A stretch of 64,000 nt of DNA, from NCBI RefSeq assembly GCF_009914755.1, contig NC_060927.1, one strand, 5' to 3'. Positions 43,022 through 58,679 of this stretch are shown piece by piece. This DNA comes from the human T2T-CHM13v2.0 reference genome, Homo sapiens. The position numbers were made by a program, and so were the translations under genes. Positions within the stretch are counted from its first letter, which is position 1, and each line of letters opens with the position of its first letter. Under the pieces are notes generated by a model. The model did no database searches and was not told where the DNA came from. It was given only the letters and a program-made list of their open reading frames with translations.

Positions 43022-45029
43022 CTCATGGAATAACCCAGGCATGTAGTGTTGACAGTTTGTGTCCTATCCAAATTATGCTGAGGAAAAGGGTTATTGGGGT
43101 GGCATTGAAATTCTTAGCAGTAGAACAAACACAGGTTTTAGAGCAGACTGTGACAGCTGGAAACAACCAGCCCAATAGAATACAAATTCCCTGGCTGCTG
43201 GCAGTGAGGGGCCGAGGTACCTGCGGGACTCAGAACTCAGGGGGGCTTGCCCCTTCTCTCCTGTTCTTGAAGTGCTGGCTGGAAAAGGGATCATTATTGT
43301 TTGGGGATTTGGGAATTCTCTAATGTTTTGGGGTACGGGAAATTGAGGATGAAACAGGTCATCTAGAGGTTCAGCTTTTCCGTGGCCTGTGATGGTGGTG
43401 GTGCTGGGAGAGTCAAGTGAAGGTGGGAGGAAGGAAGATGGAGCTCAGCATGTGGACTTGGCCAGCCTCATCTTTGTCCTCCTAACCAGAGGCCTAAATT
43501 GCTGTTCACCCTGAGTCCAGCCGCTGGCCACTTACAACTTCAAGGCCTGGGGCAAGTTGCTTAACCTTTCTGTGCCTCTCTTCATCAACAAAAGAAGGCT
43601 TATAGTACTAAATTTATGGTTACTGTGAAGACTCTATAAAATATTTAAAATTTTTTTGCATGTAGTCAGTGCCAATACATTGCATTATTATGATATATTA
43701 TTATTATTAGATACTAATGGTTTTTCTTAGCAGTGAAAAACTTTAAATCTCTCTTCCTCTCTTTCCTTCTCTTTTTCTATAAATCACATGCTTTGAGTAC
43801 ATTCAGATTATAGTTTAATATATAAACATAAGGGAAATTTTAAAAAGGGCAGAGAACTCAGAAAGTCATGAAAGAACAGCTATTCAACATATATTTTTCC
43901 ACATGTGTTATTACCATTCAGTATGGTGGTTTTCTTTTACTCTGCACAATTGCATTTGTGAAACTAATTTGGGAGTAGTCAGAGGCCAGGAGATGAAACA
44001 GAGTTGAAGTAAAATCTCATTAGTTACCATGTAAGGGGCTGGCAAAATTTGACTTGAATTAGCCAGGTTAAAATGAGCTCGTATTTTAATAAACTAACAA
44101 TAAGACTGTCTAGGCAGTTGAGGAGTGGGAATTGTTTTGAATTACATACTACTCGGGGAAAAAGATCTGTGATCAGAATAACAAGGTTTTACTGTACACT
44201 GCATATTGTATGAATTCTGCTGTCTCTTTGTGTCTTGAGTCTTTTATGATTGTCATGCCATTCTGGGAGCCACTCACTCAGTCTTTTGTGTCATTCTATT
44301 GTCAGCCATAATGAAATAATTGGGATGACAATTATTTGCTTGTTTAGTTTCAAAAGTTTTCTGTGTTCAATATCTTCTATTGTTTGCCTCATGGTACCAT
44401 GATGTGATATATCATTCCTGCCCAGATTCCAAGAATAAAAAACATGCATTTTTTTTTTCCGGGAGAAGTGTCCCCTTAAGCACAATATTTAATGGCCATA
44501 TATTAAAAGTGCTATAGTGAGCATATATTTAATAAAATAATTGCAGCCATCCATAACTCAAATAACTGTAACATACCAAGATGGTAGATGAGGTCACAGT
44601 CTACCATGGGAGTTCAGCAGTCTAATTTTATAAACCCCAAATCAAAATAGATAGATTGACAATGAGAGAGAGAATGTTTGAGACTGGACTTGTTAGAAAA
44701 TACAGGAACTAGTCAGCTTGAAATATAACAGTATAAATTATACCTTGCCCACTTTAGTGATTCAAATGGCATGTATTTTTATTGTGAAGACTGCGTAACT
44801 TTGGTTCCCTCTTCCTCCCGAACCCTGCTCAAAGATTTTAGGGAATTAACTAAGGTTTCAGTAGTGAAGCTTTGGATCAGCACAGGGGCAGTTGTCACCA
44901 TTACTCTACTTTATAATCTTGTGGGGAGGGAGCTTAACCAGGACTATCATCTCAGCCTGGGATGACATGCTTTGAAAGTGCTCCACAGTGTCACTTTGAG
45001 GAGGGTGGCCACCTGCAACCCAGACTAAG

Positions 45030-45322
45030 CAGTGTAGTTGCATTACTAAGAGGTGTGTTTGGAAGTCAGACAAACTTGCCTTCAAATACAGACACTTGCT
45101 TGTTACTTAACTTTTCTGAGTCTCCTCATTTGTAAAAAAAAAAAACAAAAAAACAAAAAAACACAAACAAACACCACCAAAAAACCAAAGAAAAAAAAGT
45201 AGGAGAGTGAGAATAATAGTTCTTGCCTTAAAGAGTTATTGTGAGAATCAAATGGGACAATGCAGGTAAAGACATTTAGCCTAGAGCCTTGTACCGAATA
45301 TGCACATTTTAAATAGTAGCTT
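45030..45322 (+). mobile_element. MIR with an embedded A/C-rich tract (45134-45199)
   Basis: ttacttaacttttctgagtctcctcatttgtaaaa | aataatagttcttgcct..agagttattgtgagaatcaaatg. Confidence 0.75.
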
Positions 45323-46645
45323 TGTATTATTTTGTGATTCTTCCCGCCCCTGCTGCATTCCCCAATGCCTCATCTACCAGCAATTTGTGTGCACACTCAG
45401 GGTCAGCAATTCTTGGCTTGGGATTGCAAAGAAGGGAAGTACAGCCCTTTTCTGCTGGCTTTGCCTGGGTTGACCTCCCAGCTTTGCTCCTTGGCCTGAT
45501 TCAGGGTTGGCAGGCATAGATGGAAAAGAGCCATTGGTTGTTAGAATCGTCCAGCAGGAGATGAAGGGAGATCTCACCCTGCATTTTGTGTCTAAAACAA
45601 TTGCTTAAATTTGTCATCTTAGGGACACATGTACATAGGTAAACACACGCATATACTGTACACATCCATGTGTACAGCTCAGATATTGTCTATAGGAGAA
45701 CAAAATGTCTTGATGAAAATGAGTAATTCAGCTAATCACCCAGATGTTTTAGCTATATGTTGCCACACAGCTGGGTGATCTGAAACAGCTATCTGTTTGG
45801 TGACTTGCAGATAAAACATAGATAATAGAATCTCCCTCTTTTCCTCCAGTTTTTTGGCATCACTTAGATATAATCTAAATGATATGGCAACATATGGGAA
45901 AATCTCTCACATTCAAAAGCATGCAAGCAGCTAGCTAACGCTTTCTACTAAAAACTTTGCTTATAGGTATTTTGATGAATCTAGAATTCTCACAAAGCAC
46001 ATCATTTGAAAGAAATACGGCAGCAAAACAAACTGCTGCATTCAAAGCAGGGGTATTGAAAAGTGTCAGGCAAACATTTTTAACCTTGTGTTTGTGCTCG
46101 GTCTGGTCAAAATAGAATATATTTCCTTTTATGGAAGTGGTTTAAAAAGGGGTAAGAGACAAGATTTAGTGTTTGCAGGAAATCCTTTAGTTGTTTAAAA
46201 AGCTTCAAGGGTTCCATCTTTGGCATCCAGGTATTATTCTCATTAAGTTAGCATTTTAGGTTTCTGAAGTGTTTGGTTCAAGTGAAAAAGATTAATGTTA
46301 TGCTTTGAAATTGATTACTATGGAAAGTCTTTGTACATTTGACTGTAAAGCAGAAATCAACTTGGACAGGAAGCAAAGCGGATGAACAGGAAGCTAAAGT
46401 AAATACCACAGTGACACGTGAGGGGTGGAAGGTGGTTAGTTTATTTTTTAAAGAGTTTTCAGACCATCAGTACATACGTTTCAGTTTCTAGATCCAAATC
46501 TCTAAGTGCTTTTCTCCAACTGGTGGGATGATTGAAATTAGAGAGTAAGACGAGAATTCACTGTGCTGGATTTTTCATTCCAGGTGCAGAGCTTTAAAGG
46601 ATTATGGAGTCTGAAGACCAAATGGGATGATGGAGAACAGCTATT

Positions 46646-46936
46646 CAGTGGTACAAATGTAAATGCTCCCAGGCCCGGGCAGGTAATTTAAGTGAGTGAA
46701 GCAGGGCAAAGTGTAATTGTGTAAGCAGACATTTGCTGACTCCACATACCACTAGGGAACTATACTTTCCCCTGGCAGAAAGACAATCAGCTCCAGCCTA
46801 TTATTGCGTACAGTAAGGCTAACCAAAGTGAGGGGCTACTCTAACTTTTCAGGAAAATCCAGCAGTCTTGATTTTTATGTAGTTTCCAAAATGTTTTTGT
46901 TATGGTTCATTTGGAGAGCAGCCTTTTGATCTCCAG
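46646..46936 (+). mobile_element. MER102-like hAT-Charlie element
   Basis: aaatgctcccaggcccgggcaggtaatttaagtgagtgaagcaggg. Confidence 0.6.
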
Positions 46937-48087
46937 TTTGCTACTTTTAATCTAGTCTAATCACACATCTTGCAGTTGTAGAAACCAGACCCAGAGAAGC
47001 TGAGCACCTTGCTTAAAGTCCTGCAGCAAAGGATAACACTGGGGCTCAAACCCAGTTCTCCTCCATCTTCTTCTCTGGCATTACCCTTCCACTGAGAGCA
47101 CAGCATCCCGCCCACAGTGGGCTTCAGCAGGCTTTGTTAGAGGAAACCCATGGATTTTTGAAGGTTTTAATAAGTTAATGAAACTCTTTAATTAAATTAA
47201 GTAATTTAATTAAGGTGCTCCCCTGACTTTTTCCCTAAGATAATTATTTACTCAACCAATGTTTGTCATTGGTGCCTCTTTTAAAATGTTGTGTAACATT
47301 TTCATTGTTCTTTCATTCAGTTCAAGTTACTTTTCTTCATCTCTATATTTAATATATCCTCTTTGTTGATCAATGCTTCCAAATTCTCTTTACTTCACAT
47401 ATATCATTTGTCTAATTTCTGTGTTTGACTTTTTAAACTCAGTCACTCAGGGTCTGAAAGTGTCTTTAACTGGATCTATCTGTATTATATATTGCTATGC
47501 ATTCATTGGAGGGAATAAAATACAAATTTGTAAATCTGAACATTATACTACATGGGGCCAATGGAGAGAGTCCATTTTACATGAAGAATGCCACTACTTT
47601 ATCCCTAGAGAGTATGAGGAAGAGTTTCACCCATCTTTAGCCTCAGATCTTAGATTCAGTGCTTGTAAGAGAAGAAGCACTTATTCAAAGAAGCAGGTAT
47701 ATATACTCTGGTTGTGAATTCTTTCTGTGATTTCAAACAATATTTGGAAAAACTCATTTCTGAAGGCCTAAGGTGCAGGGAGACGAAAACTACTCTTGCG
47801 AGGATACAGTTGGTAACACCCATGAGGGTTCCATTTGCATCGACTCTTAGCCATAGCTGCACCATAGCACCAAATTAGGTAGGGACTGTGCTGCTCGTAC
47901 CTTTGGGCTCAATGGAAAACTGTCCTATGATTCTGTTACTAATCATCTCCTACATTTGAGTGGCACTTTAATTCCCAAGACATTTCACATATTACTTTTG
48001 CCATTTTACAATGAGGAAACTGAGGCTCAGAAAGGGCAAATGACTTGCTCCTTGCCTCACAGCTGTGTTGAGGAAGAGGTGGACTAG

Positions 48088-48501
<414 letters not shown>

Positions 48502-50370
48502 GATCCCCCTGCTCTTTCTACTGAGTACTATCTTAGCTTTATGGCTGTTCCAGCTAGCCCCCATATCATAGTCATGTTCACTATTAGATGACCTGCTGGG
48601 ATAATTTTGCACATTCTCCTGCCCAGCAACACCCTGGTTGGTTGCTGCAATGAAGACAATGGCTATGCATAGAAGAATTTTAAAATACCAATAGAGGATC
48701 TCTAACTCTCTGGCACTCTACTATTTGTACATGAGGGGGCTGTTATTGTAGAAAAGGAAGAAACATTTTCCTGGTTGGGATTTTCATACTGGCAAATTGG
48801 CTATTCTGATTTAAATTCATATTGTTACTAATTGGTGTTAGAACTTTTGTTCTGGACTGTGCTTATGCTAAGTAGAGATTTTCCCTCCTTGTTTGATTAT
48901 GGATTAGTCCACACATTTTTACCTTATGAAAGGAAGAAACAGCTTGTGCCGCCTCGGGAGGAAATATGTCATCTAATAATTAGGCTCTGAGGCACTGGCA
49001 TCTTGAATACTGACCTGTGGGCAGGCCGTGGACAGAATCATGGAAAAAGCTGCATTATCCAGGGCTTTTTCCTCAGATAGATTTAAAAAACAAATGTCTT
49101 TAGAGCAAAGCACTGAAGGGCGAGAAGCAGCAAACAGGCAGATTATTAAAGCATTTGTCATGAAGTTACAGGTGGGCTCAGGAAGGGTCCCAGTCCTGCA
49201 GGCCGGGCTGCCTTGCTGAAAATATCTTGTAAATTATGAGTTGTTCCCCCAAAGAAATCACTAGGCAGGAAAGGGCAAAGTTACTCCCTAGCAACTCTGG
49301 TTGCAATAGTTTCTGAACTATAGTTTCAGAAATCTGTCAAGGCAAGGGTCAGTTACACATGGGAGGCTGAATTTTTGTATTGGAAGACTAGGTGTTTAGG
49401 ATTACAGCAGTGATCATTCCTGGAGCATGTGTATTTACACTTCTGTTTCAAAGAATGAGAAATACACACTTATAATGTCGGTGCTTTTTCTCATCTAAAA
49501 AAATGATGAAGTATGTCCTCTTGCATTTACAGATTCACTGTTTATCTTTAGTCTCATTAACTTATGCTGTAGTTCAATTCATTTTGTTTCTATTCATTTC
49601 ATATAGAAATGCACTGAAATTTTGCTTCAATCTTTGTACAGTATTTGGCCAAACTCTCTATTTGGCTTTAGTTTTGGCCATAGCCTTTAAAGGCTGAGTA
49701 AACAAATGTCCCACTTCTGCGTTATTGATGGTATCTCTGAACCTGAGATGATCAATGACAGCCTGATCGTATTATTTATCATCATGCATAATTGGCATAA
49801 AAAATTAGTAAGAGGAACAAAGCATGCCCATCTGAATAATTACATTAAAATACAGGTAAAAACATTCTATATGTAATATGCTTTATATATTGAAATTCTC
49901 TGTCCATTTAAAATTTAAAATACATAAAAAAGTATGTTTATTATTGCAAGAGTACAATATTGCAATTATGAATGGGGATTATGAATGTAGTTAATTTTAT
50001 AAACAAAACAATTAAGAAACTTCAAGTAAATAAGACTACAGGTTGACAGTTAATATTGATATTAATAGAGAGTACCTTAGCTACATAGCTTTCAGGATGA
50101 TTATATCTTTTTTAAGCCAGCAAATGCTCATACACAAATTACTTATATAGAAGAACATTACAATGGAGATTGCATTATATCATAATTACCATCTTTGTAA
50201 AACTGTTGCATTTGAAAAATTAAGCAAAATAAAAGTTTAAGAATAATATTTGCTTATTATTTAACTTAATTGTGAATTTTCCATTATATTCAGAAAATTC
50301 TTCACAGAGATATTGTTATTGCTATCATTATTATTTACTATGATGCCAAACTTTAAAAATATGACTGGTA

Positions 50371-50672
50371 AGCTGAATGTGGTGGCTCATACCTCTAGGC
50401 ACAGCACTTTGGAAGACAGGCAGATCACCTGAGGCCAGGAGTTCGAAACCAGCCTGGTCAACATGGTGAAACCCTGACTCTACTAAAAATACAAAAATTA
50501 GCCTGGTGTGGGGGTGCACGCCTGTAGTCCCAGCTACTCAGGAGGCTGAAGCAATAGAATCACTTGAACCCAGGAGGCAGAGGTTGGCGTGAACCAAGAT
50601 CAGGCCACTGCACTTCAGCCTGGGCAACAGAGTAAGACTCTGTCTCAAAAAATAATAATAATAATAATAAAA
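50371..50672 (+). mobile_element. AluS with (AAT)n tail
   Basis: Alu body with small 5' deletions. Confidence 0.92.
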
Positions 50673-50682
50673 GACTGATAGC

Positions 50683-51355
50683 ACTTTTTAAAAGTCAGGT
50701 TTAATGACGAATAGTTTATATATGGTGAAAGTCACCCTCTGTAGGCCTACAATTTTTAGCTTTGGCAAAGGTAAACAATTGATTTCATAATTGATCATAA
50801 TCAAAGTATAGGATTTTCCTGTATTAGTTTGCTAGGGCTGCCATAACAAAGTACCCCAAACGGTGTGGCTTAGACTACAGAAATTTATTTTCTCACAGTT
50901 CTGGAGGCTGGAGTGTCCAAGATTAAGTTGCAGGCAGGCTCGGTTTCTCCTGTGGCCTCCCTTCTTGGCTGTGTCTTCACTTAGTCTTTCCTCTGTGTGT
51001 GCACATATATGGTGTCTCTCTGTCCAGGTTTCCTCCTCTCATAAGGATACCAGTCAGATTGTGTTAGGCCCACCTACAGACCTCATTTTAACTCGATTAT
51101 CTCTTTAAAGATCCTATCTCCAAATACAGTCCCATTCTGAACTACTGGGGGTTAGGGCTTCAACACATGAATTGAGGTGGGGTTGCAGGGGCGGACAAAA
51201 TTGAGCCTATAACAATTTCTATCACCCCCATAAGTCCTCTCATGCCCCTTTGCAGTCCATCCCCTTCTCCGATGTCAGCCTCTGGCAACACTGGCCTATT
51301 TCTTGTGCCTATAGTTTTGCTTTTTCTAGACTGTCATGTAAATGAAATCTTACAG
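50683..51355 (-). mobile_element. L1MB/MC 3' end interrupted by MLT1A
   Basis: ctctggcaacact...cctatagttttgctttttctagactgtcatgtaaatgaaatc. Confidence 0.7.
50820..51214 (-). mobile_element. MLT1A/MLT1A0 solo LTR
   Basis: tgtattagtttgctagggctgccataacaaagtacc...atctccaaatacagtc...gggttagggcttcaaca...cctataaca. Confidence 0.88.
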
Positions 51356-52098
51356 CCCTCTCCTGAGGGATGCCTGCTTGCTGCATGGAGGTGGTAGCAC
51401 CGTCCTGGTGCAGGCACCACCCTGGTGTAGGACCAATTACATGGAAGTGGCAAGTCTAAACTCCAAAGTTGTCAGTGCCCTCAGAGTCAGTGTGGTTGCG
51501 AGCTGGACACCTACAAACTCTCACCAGGAGCAGCTGTACTAACCAAGCCAAATCCCTGTTACCCTGGGCAAAGCATCCCTGCAAGGGAGCAAAAGCAACA
51601 ACAATCCATTTGGTGGGTGAGATGGATTCACTGGTACTGATCCAGGCAGGGAAAGCCAAATGGCCGCCCCTTCTACCCTGGGCACCCGACTCCCCAGTGC
51701 CTGGAGGCCTGGGTCAGCCCCTTTGGCTGCCCTTTTCTAGACCATGGATGTCGTCCCCCTTATGCTAGGCCTTTCTTCAGATGGTTTACAAGACAATTGA
51801 TGAAGTCACCACTTTAATAACATTCATGGCCATTGCCAGTTGTATACTACTCATAATGTGGCAGGCATTAGATTAAATGTTTTAGGTAAGTTGTAGAGAA
51901 TCCCCATAATAACATAGTTAATTATTCTCTTTATTCAGCTGGGCCTTCTTAAAAATGAGATGTAAGTGTTTCTACAATTTGGGGATACATAAGTGGATGT
52001 TTAAAGGGCTTAAGGTATTTGCCAAGCTCCTACATCCTTCTTAAATTTAAACTTATTTTCTGGTACCAACACTCTAGTGTGGTGATTAGACTTCCTAA

Positions 52099-52414
<316 letters not shown>

Positions 52415-52942
52415 TTGTTTGTTTAATGGGACAACAGGAAAATCCTCATCATGAGCTCTTGCCACCCCTACCCTGAACAGAGATCCAGTTGCCCTGTGAC
52501 TACAGTAAGGAAGAGGTTAGAAGATGAGATGATCATGACAAATAATAACCATAAAATCATTTCCCTTCTCTTTTCTAGAACACATTACAACTAGCAAAAT
52601 ATTTTTAAATTCGTGGCCTCATTTGATCCTGTCAGCATAGCTATTTTTGCTCTTTCCTGTCTAAAGGAAACCCTTTAGTATGGGTTCATAGAAACACAGT
52701 CCTGTAGAATTGGAAGATACCAGATAAATTATTTTTTTCTTTAAAGTCTTAACATTACAGAGAGAAATTCTTAGCCCAGAGGCCATGGAATTAATGAAAT
52801 TCTTTTTTTACAAATGAGGAAGCCGAGGCCAGGAAAATTTTGGTAACTTGATCAGTCACAGAAATGGATTCCTGGTTGCCTGATTCTCAATGTACTGTTC
52901 GTCCCATGCTTCCACCTGCCTTCAGACATAGAGTCAGGTTAG

Positions 52943-53301
<359 letters not shown>

Positions 53302-53821
53302 TCATTTTATGTTCCAACTCTAATATGTTTGAAGCAGTTACCAAAAGCATTGTGTTGAGCAGGATTTTGAATCTGCATCTGGGCTTAATGGGAACAGTGT
53401 CGTACTTGATTACTGACGTTCTGCCATGGATTCAGGTTGGGGAGAGTAGCAGCACCCGAGTCTGCTGCCCTGGGTTAAGGCACTGCCACTCCAGGAGACT
53501 TTTGTTTTGTTTTGTTTTAATAGAAACATCTTTTGGAATACTATATCACCATTAACAACTTGTGGTAAATAAATTTTATCAGCAATTAGTAACTACTGGA
53601 GATAGGCAAGTTTTGAAGAGAGACAGAAAATACATGGGTCTGACGCTGGACAAATTGTTCATGGGGCAGAGGTAAGTGAGGAGCTGTGGAAATGGTGGGT
53701 GAGGGTCTGGGACAGGAGCAGAAACAATTAGACGCAGCATGAGGGCCTCAGATGTCTACAGCAGAGCTATGGCTAGCACCAACAGGCAAAAAGGATTCTG
53801 AAATTGGAGGTGGGAAGGCGC

Positions 53822-53914
53822 TAAGATGACTGACCATACTGGATTTTCTGAGATGCAGGACTTTCAGTTTGAAAACAGACTGTCCTGTGCGAATCAGAAA
53901 CACTAATCACCCTA
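53822..53914 (+). mobile_element. MER94-like hAT-Blackjack MITE
   Basis: gatgcaggactttcagt...aaaac..gactgtcc...tcacccta. Confidence 0.55.
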
Positions 53915-53973
53915 AAAGGCACTAGCAAAAATTTTTCATACTTCATTGTTTGTTGTGTCATGCCGTTGGTCAA

Positions 53974-54440
53974 TGTATTAATAAACTATTGGTATAATAA
54001 AGCTACAAAACAAACAGCCCCCGAAATCTTAGCGGCTTTCAACCACAAACATTTCTCTTTTTGCTCTGCAAGCCTACTCTGGTTTGGCTGATCGAGACTG
54101 GACTCAGCTGGACTCTAGCTTGAGAATTGAATGTAAGTCTCCTCTGCATGCTTCTTCATTCCTCACTCATGTTTTTTCTAGGGCAATTTATTCTTCTAGA
54201 AATGGTAAGCACAAGAGGCCAAGGCAAATTTTACAAACACACTGAAAGCCTTGGTTCACATCAAATGCACTAACATTCCGTTGACTTAAGCAAGTCATGT
54301 GCCCAGACCCAACATCAGTGGTGTGGAGAAATGTGCACCACTTACTCTGATGCAGTATTATTGCCAGGTTATCTGGTAAAGCGCATGGATGTGTATTCCT
54401 TCTATATGGAGGGAGTGAAGAGTGTGAACAATAATCTATA
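53974..54440 (-). mobile_element. MLT1 (H/I-type) LTR
   Basis: caaacagcccccgaaatcttagcggct...aacattccgttgacttaagcaagtcatgtgcccagaccca. Confidence 0.75.
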
Positions 54441-55064
54441 GAGTCAGTAAGTAACTTGAGTGTACAGACTCAGCCAGACATATCTGTGTTTCTCCAGTGT
54501 CTGGCATGGTAGGTGTCCCATAACTATTTGGTGAATGAATGAATGAATGCCTCCAAAATAGAATTTCCTGTGATGAAGTGGTACATGTTCCCAGTTTTTA
54601 AAAACGTTATTTGGTCCCTCTATCATTAGATATCAGGAACTCCTAAAGGACTGCTGAAAAGCCGATGTCTTGGCTATCAGGAAAGCTTTCCTTCCCCTGA
54701 CCTCCTATTACCCCTTATTGTCTGTTTTTTTTTTTTTTAATTTTCTTCTACTTCTCGTCTTCTGGCTAGCCAGCAGCTCTTGGAATCCTGGGGGAGTGTG
54801 AGAGATGTCCTTGGCCCTTCTCATACCAGGAGGACAAAGTTACCTACCTATTCCAGGGACTGGTGGGAATTGCCTTTTATCTCCCTTTTCCCCTCCAACT
54901 CCCTTCCTCAGTACCTCACCCAGTGGTTGGCACATGGCTGGCTGGTGTTCCAAAAATATTTCTTGACTTAAAAGCCAAGCATGTGATTTTAAAACTTTGT
55001 GTTGCTGTTTCAGAATTAAATGCAGACGTTACCACCTCCTCTGCTCCTCTGCCCCCATGGTCTT

Positions 55065-55102
55065 TGTGTGTGTGTGTGCGCGCGCGCGCGCGCGTGTGTG
55101 TG
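55065..55102. repeat. Compound microsatellite (TG)7(CG)8(TG)4, Z-DNA-prone
   Basis: Read directly from the sequence. Confidence 0.97.
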
Positions 55103-55737
55103 TTGTGGATTTGCTGAACTCATTCTAAATGTTTTCCATGATCCTATGCATTACAGCTCTAATTCTGGATACTTTTGAAATTCTTTTCCTAAGCAATGAA
55201 AAGGACAGCTAGCGGGGGGAGAAAGATAGAAAAAGTTAGCCAAGTGTTAGAAGAGCCCGCATGGAAGTTGAACCCTCTGTGGCACACAAAGGAATTCAGA
55301 AGCCTCTATTTCCTTTAGCAAGAACTCAGGTGTTCTTTTATACTTGAGTTACAAAGTACACCGGAAAGAGTCAAGGCTCGGAGCATTTAAGGTCAAACTT
55401 GGCTTTCAGCTCTGAAGACTTCCAAAAAAGAAAGTCTGAGCTTATTGCACAGCAGAAGCCACAGTCTCTTTTCAAGCTAGGAAATTTATTCAGAGGCTCA
55501 AAATAAAGCCACTGGATGGAACCAACTGTCCTCTCTGTCCAGCCACTGCACCCTCCTGTTTACTCCTTTTCACACAAAGTTGAAGGAGACAAGTGAACAC
55601 CAGTCCCTCTCCCTATTCAAAATAGACATGTTCCTGAAGAGTTGGCAGGATAATACATTTTAATATGGAGAAATATATTTTCTCACTGACTTCAACAAAA
55701 CAGAGGAATATAACTTGCAACAAAAAGGTGGCATCTA

Positions 55738-56056
<319 letters not shown>

Positions 56057-56689
56057 TTATCATACCACATGACAGAATGAGACAAAGAGAGGACACACAA
56101 TGTTAAATTCATTTAACAAGAACTACTAATTATGGATACTATGGATGCTAATGCACATGCCGTTTTGTGAAATATTGCTAACAGGTGCAAGGTATTAAAA
56201 CTGTGAGGATGGAGTTGGTGTGGGGTCAGGTCAGGGACTGGACCGCCTTCAGGGATTGGGATTCAGGTGTTTTAGAGTTGTGATTTCTCCATCCCTATGC
56301 CTTCTTCCTCTCCTTTTTATTTTCCGGTGTAACAGCCAGGTAAATGGAAAGAAACTCTGCATACTTTTTAGCACTTGTGATCATTTTCACGTCTTCAAAC
56401 CCTAAGGAGTATAACACACTCCCATCATTAATGATAACTCATTATGACAGTGATTTTTCACTGGAGTGAGTGTCTACGGGAGTGTCTGTGTACTTAGAAA
56501 AGCCTTCAGAGTAACGTCCCTGCCCCACCCCACTTGCTAATCACCGTTTGTGACATACATAGGTCATTTACTACTTGTTTTTACTGTCTGGGTCTCTAAT
56601 TAACTTGGTCAGGCACTCTTTATGCCTCAGTTTCCCCAGTTGTGAAGTGGACATAGTGATACTTTCTTTACCAAAAAGTCTGAAGTGGC

Positions 56690-56952
56690 GCAGTTCTATT
56701 TCCAGACAGCAATTGGAGACGTGTAAGGTGTTATTTGGGTTGTTCCAGTAACTGAGCTTAATGACATGTAACACCCCTGGCCACTCCCAGTAATACCAGT
56801 CATATTTCTGGTACTATTGGTATTAGTACTGTTATGAGTGGGGGGGGGGGGGGCTAGGGGTGCTAAATGTCCTACAGTGCATGAGATGGTCTCACCCAAT
56901 GATAATTTGTCCCACCCAATGATAATTTGTCCCACCCAAAATGAGAAACACA
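56690..56952 (+). mobile_element. MER20B-like hAT element with a G-run and a 20-bp tandem duplication
   Basis: tttgggttgttccagtaactg...ggggctaggggtgctaaatgtcctacagtgc; cacccaatgataatttgtcc twice. Confidence 0.6.
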
Positions 56953-57071
56953 GCAGAGCAATATAAGCATGCTGTGAAAAGTCTAAAATGGTGATGAAAG
57001 CAAAGGAGTAATGTTTCTGTGCCATTATGTCTGAGAGTACTGTGGTGGTTCCTTGAAAAGTTGCTGCTTAT

Positions 57072-58087
<1,016 letters not shown>

Positions 58088-58370
58088 AGTTGCTGCTTAT
58101 GATAAGACTTGCTTCATCTCCCCTCTTACCTGTTTGCAAAAGGGAAACTCTGATTTGCTTCCGATGAGGCTGGTGGGTTCATTTTCTATTCAGCCAAGCC
58201 TATTTAAGAAAGTAATACTAGTAATCACCATGACAGTAACTACTCTTTCATGAGCACTTACTATTCTCTAGGTAGACACCCATGAAGTTTTTGTGCTTTG
58301 TCTCACTTATTCCTCATGACAAACCTGGGAGCAGATTGTAGGAGAATTCAACACACAGATGAAAAAACCT

Positions 58371-58679
58371 GGCCGGGCGCGGTGGCTCATGCCTGTAATC
58401 CCAGCACTTTGGGAAGCTGAGGCGGGCAGATTAACTGAGGGCGGGAGTTTGAAACCAGCCTGGCCAACATGGTGAAACCTCGTGTCCACTAAAAATACAA
58501 AATTAGCTGGGCATGGTGGCGAGTGCCTGTAATCCCAGCTACTCAGGAGGCTGAGGCAGGAGAATTGCTTGAACTCAGGAGACGGAGGTTGCAGCGAGTC
58601 GGGATCGCGTGCCACTGCACTCCAGCCTGGGTGACAGAGTGAGACTCCGTCTCCAAAAAAGAAAAAAAAGAAAGAAAAG
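58371..58679 (+). mobile_element. AluS inserted in a MIR
   Basis: TSD gaaaaaa(a)cct. Confidence 0.95.

Noticed and set aside
45134-45199. Orphan A/C-rich tract as a tail-only retroinsertion
   Set aside because: No TSD is visible; slippage from the MIR's own A-run explains it.
56840-56860. G-run as a G-quadruplex element
   Set aside because: Homopolymer expansion inside a MER20-like repeat, with no further support.
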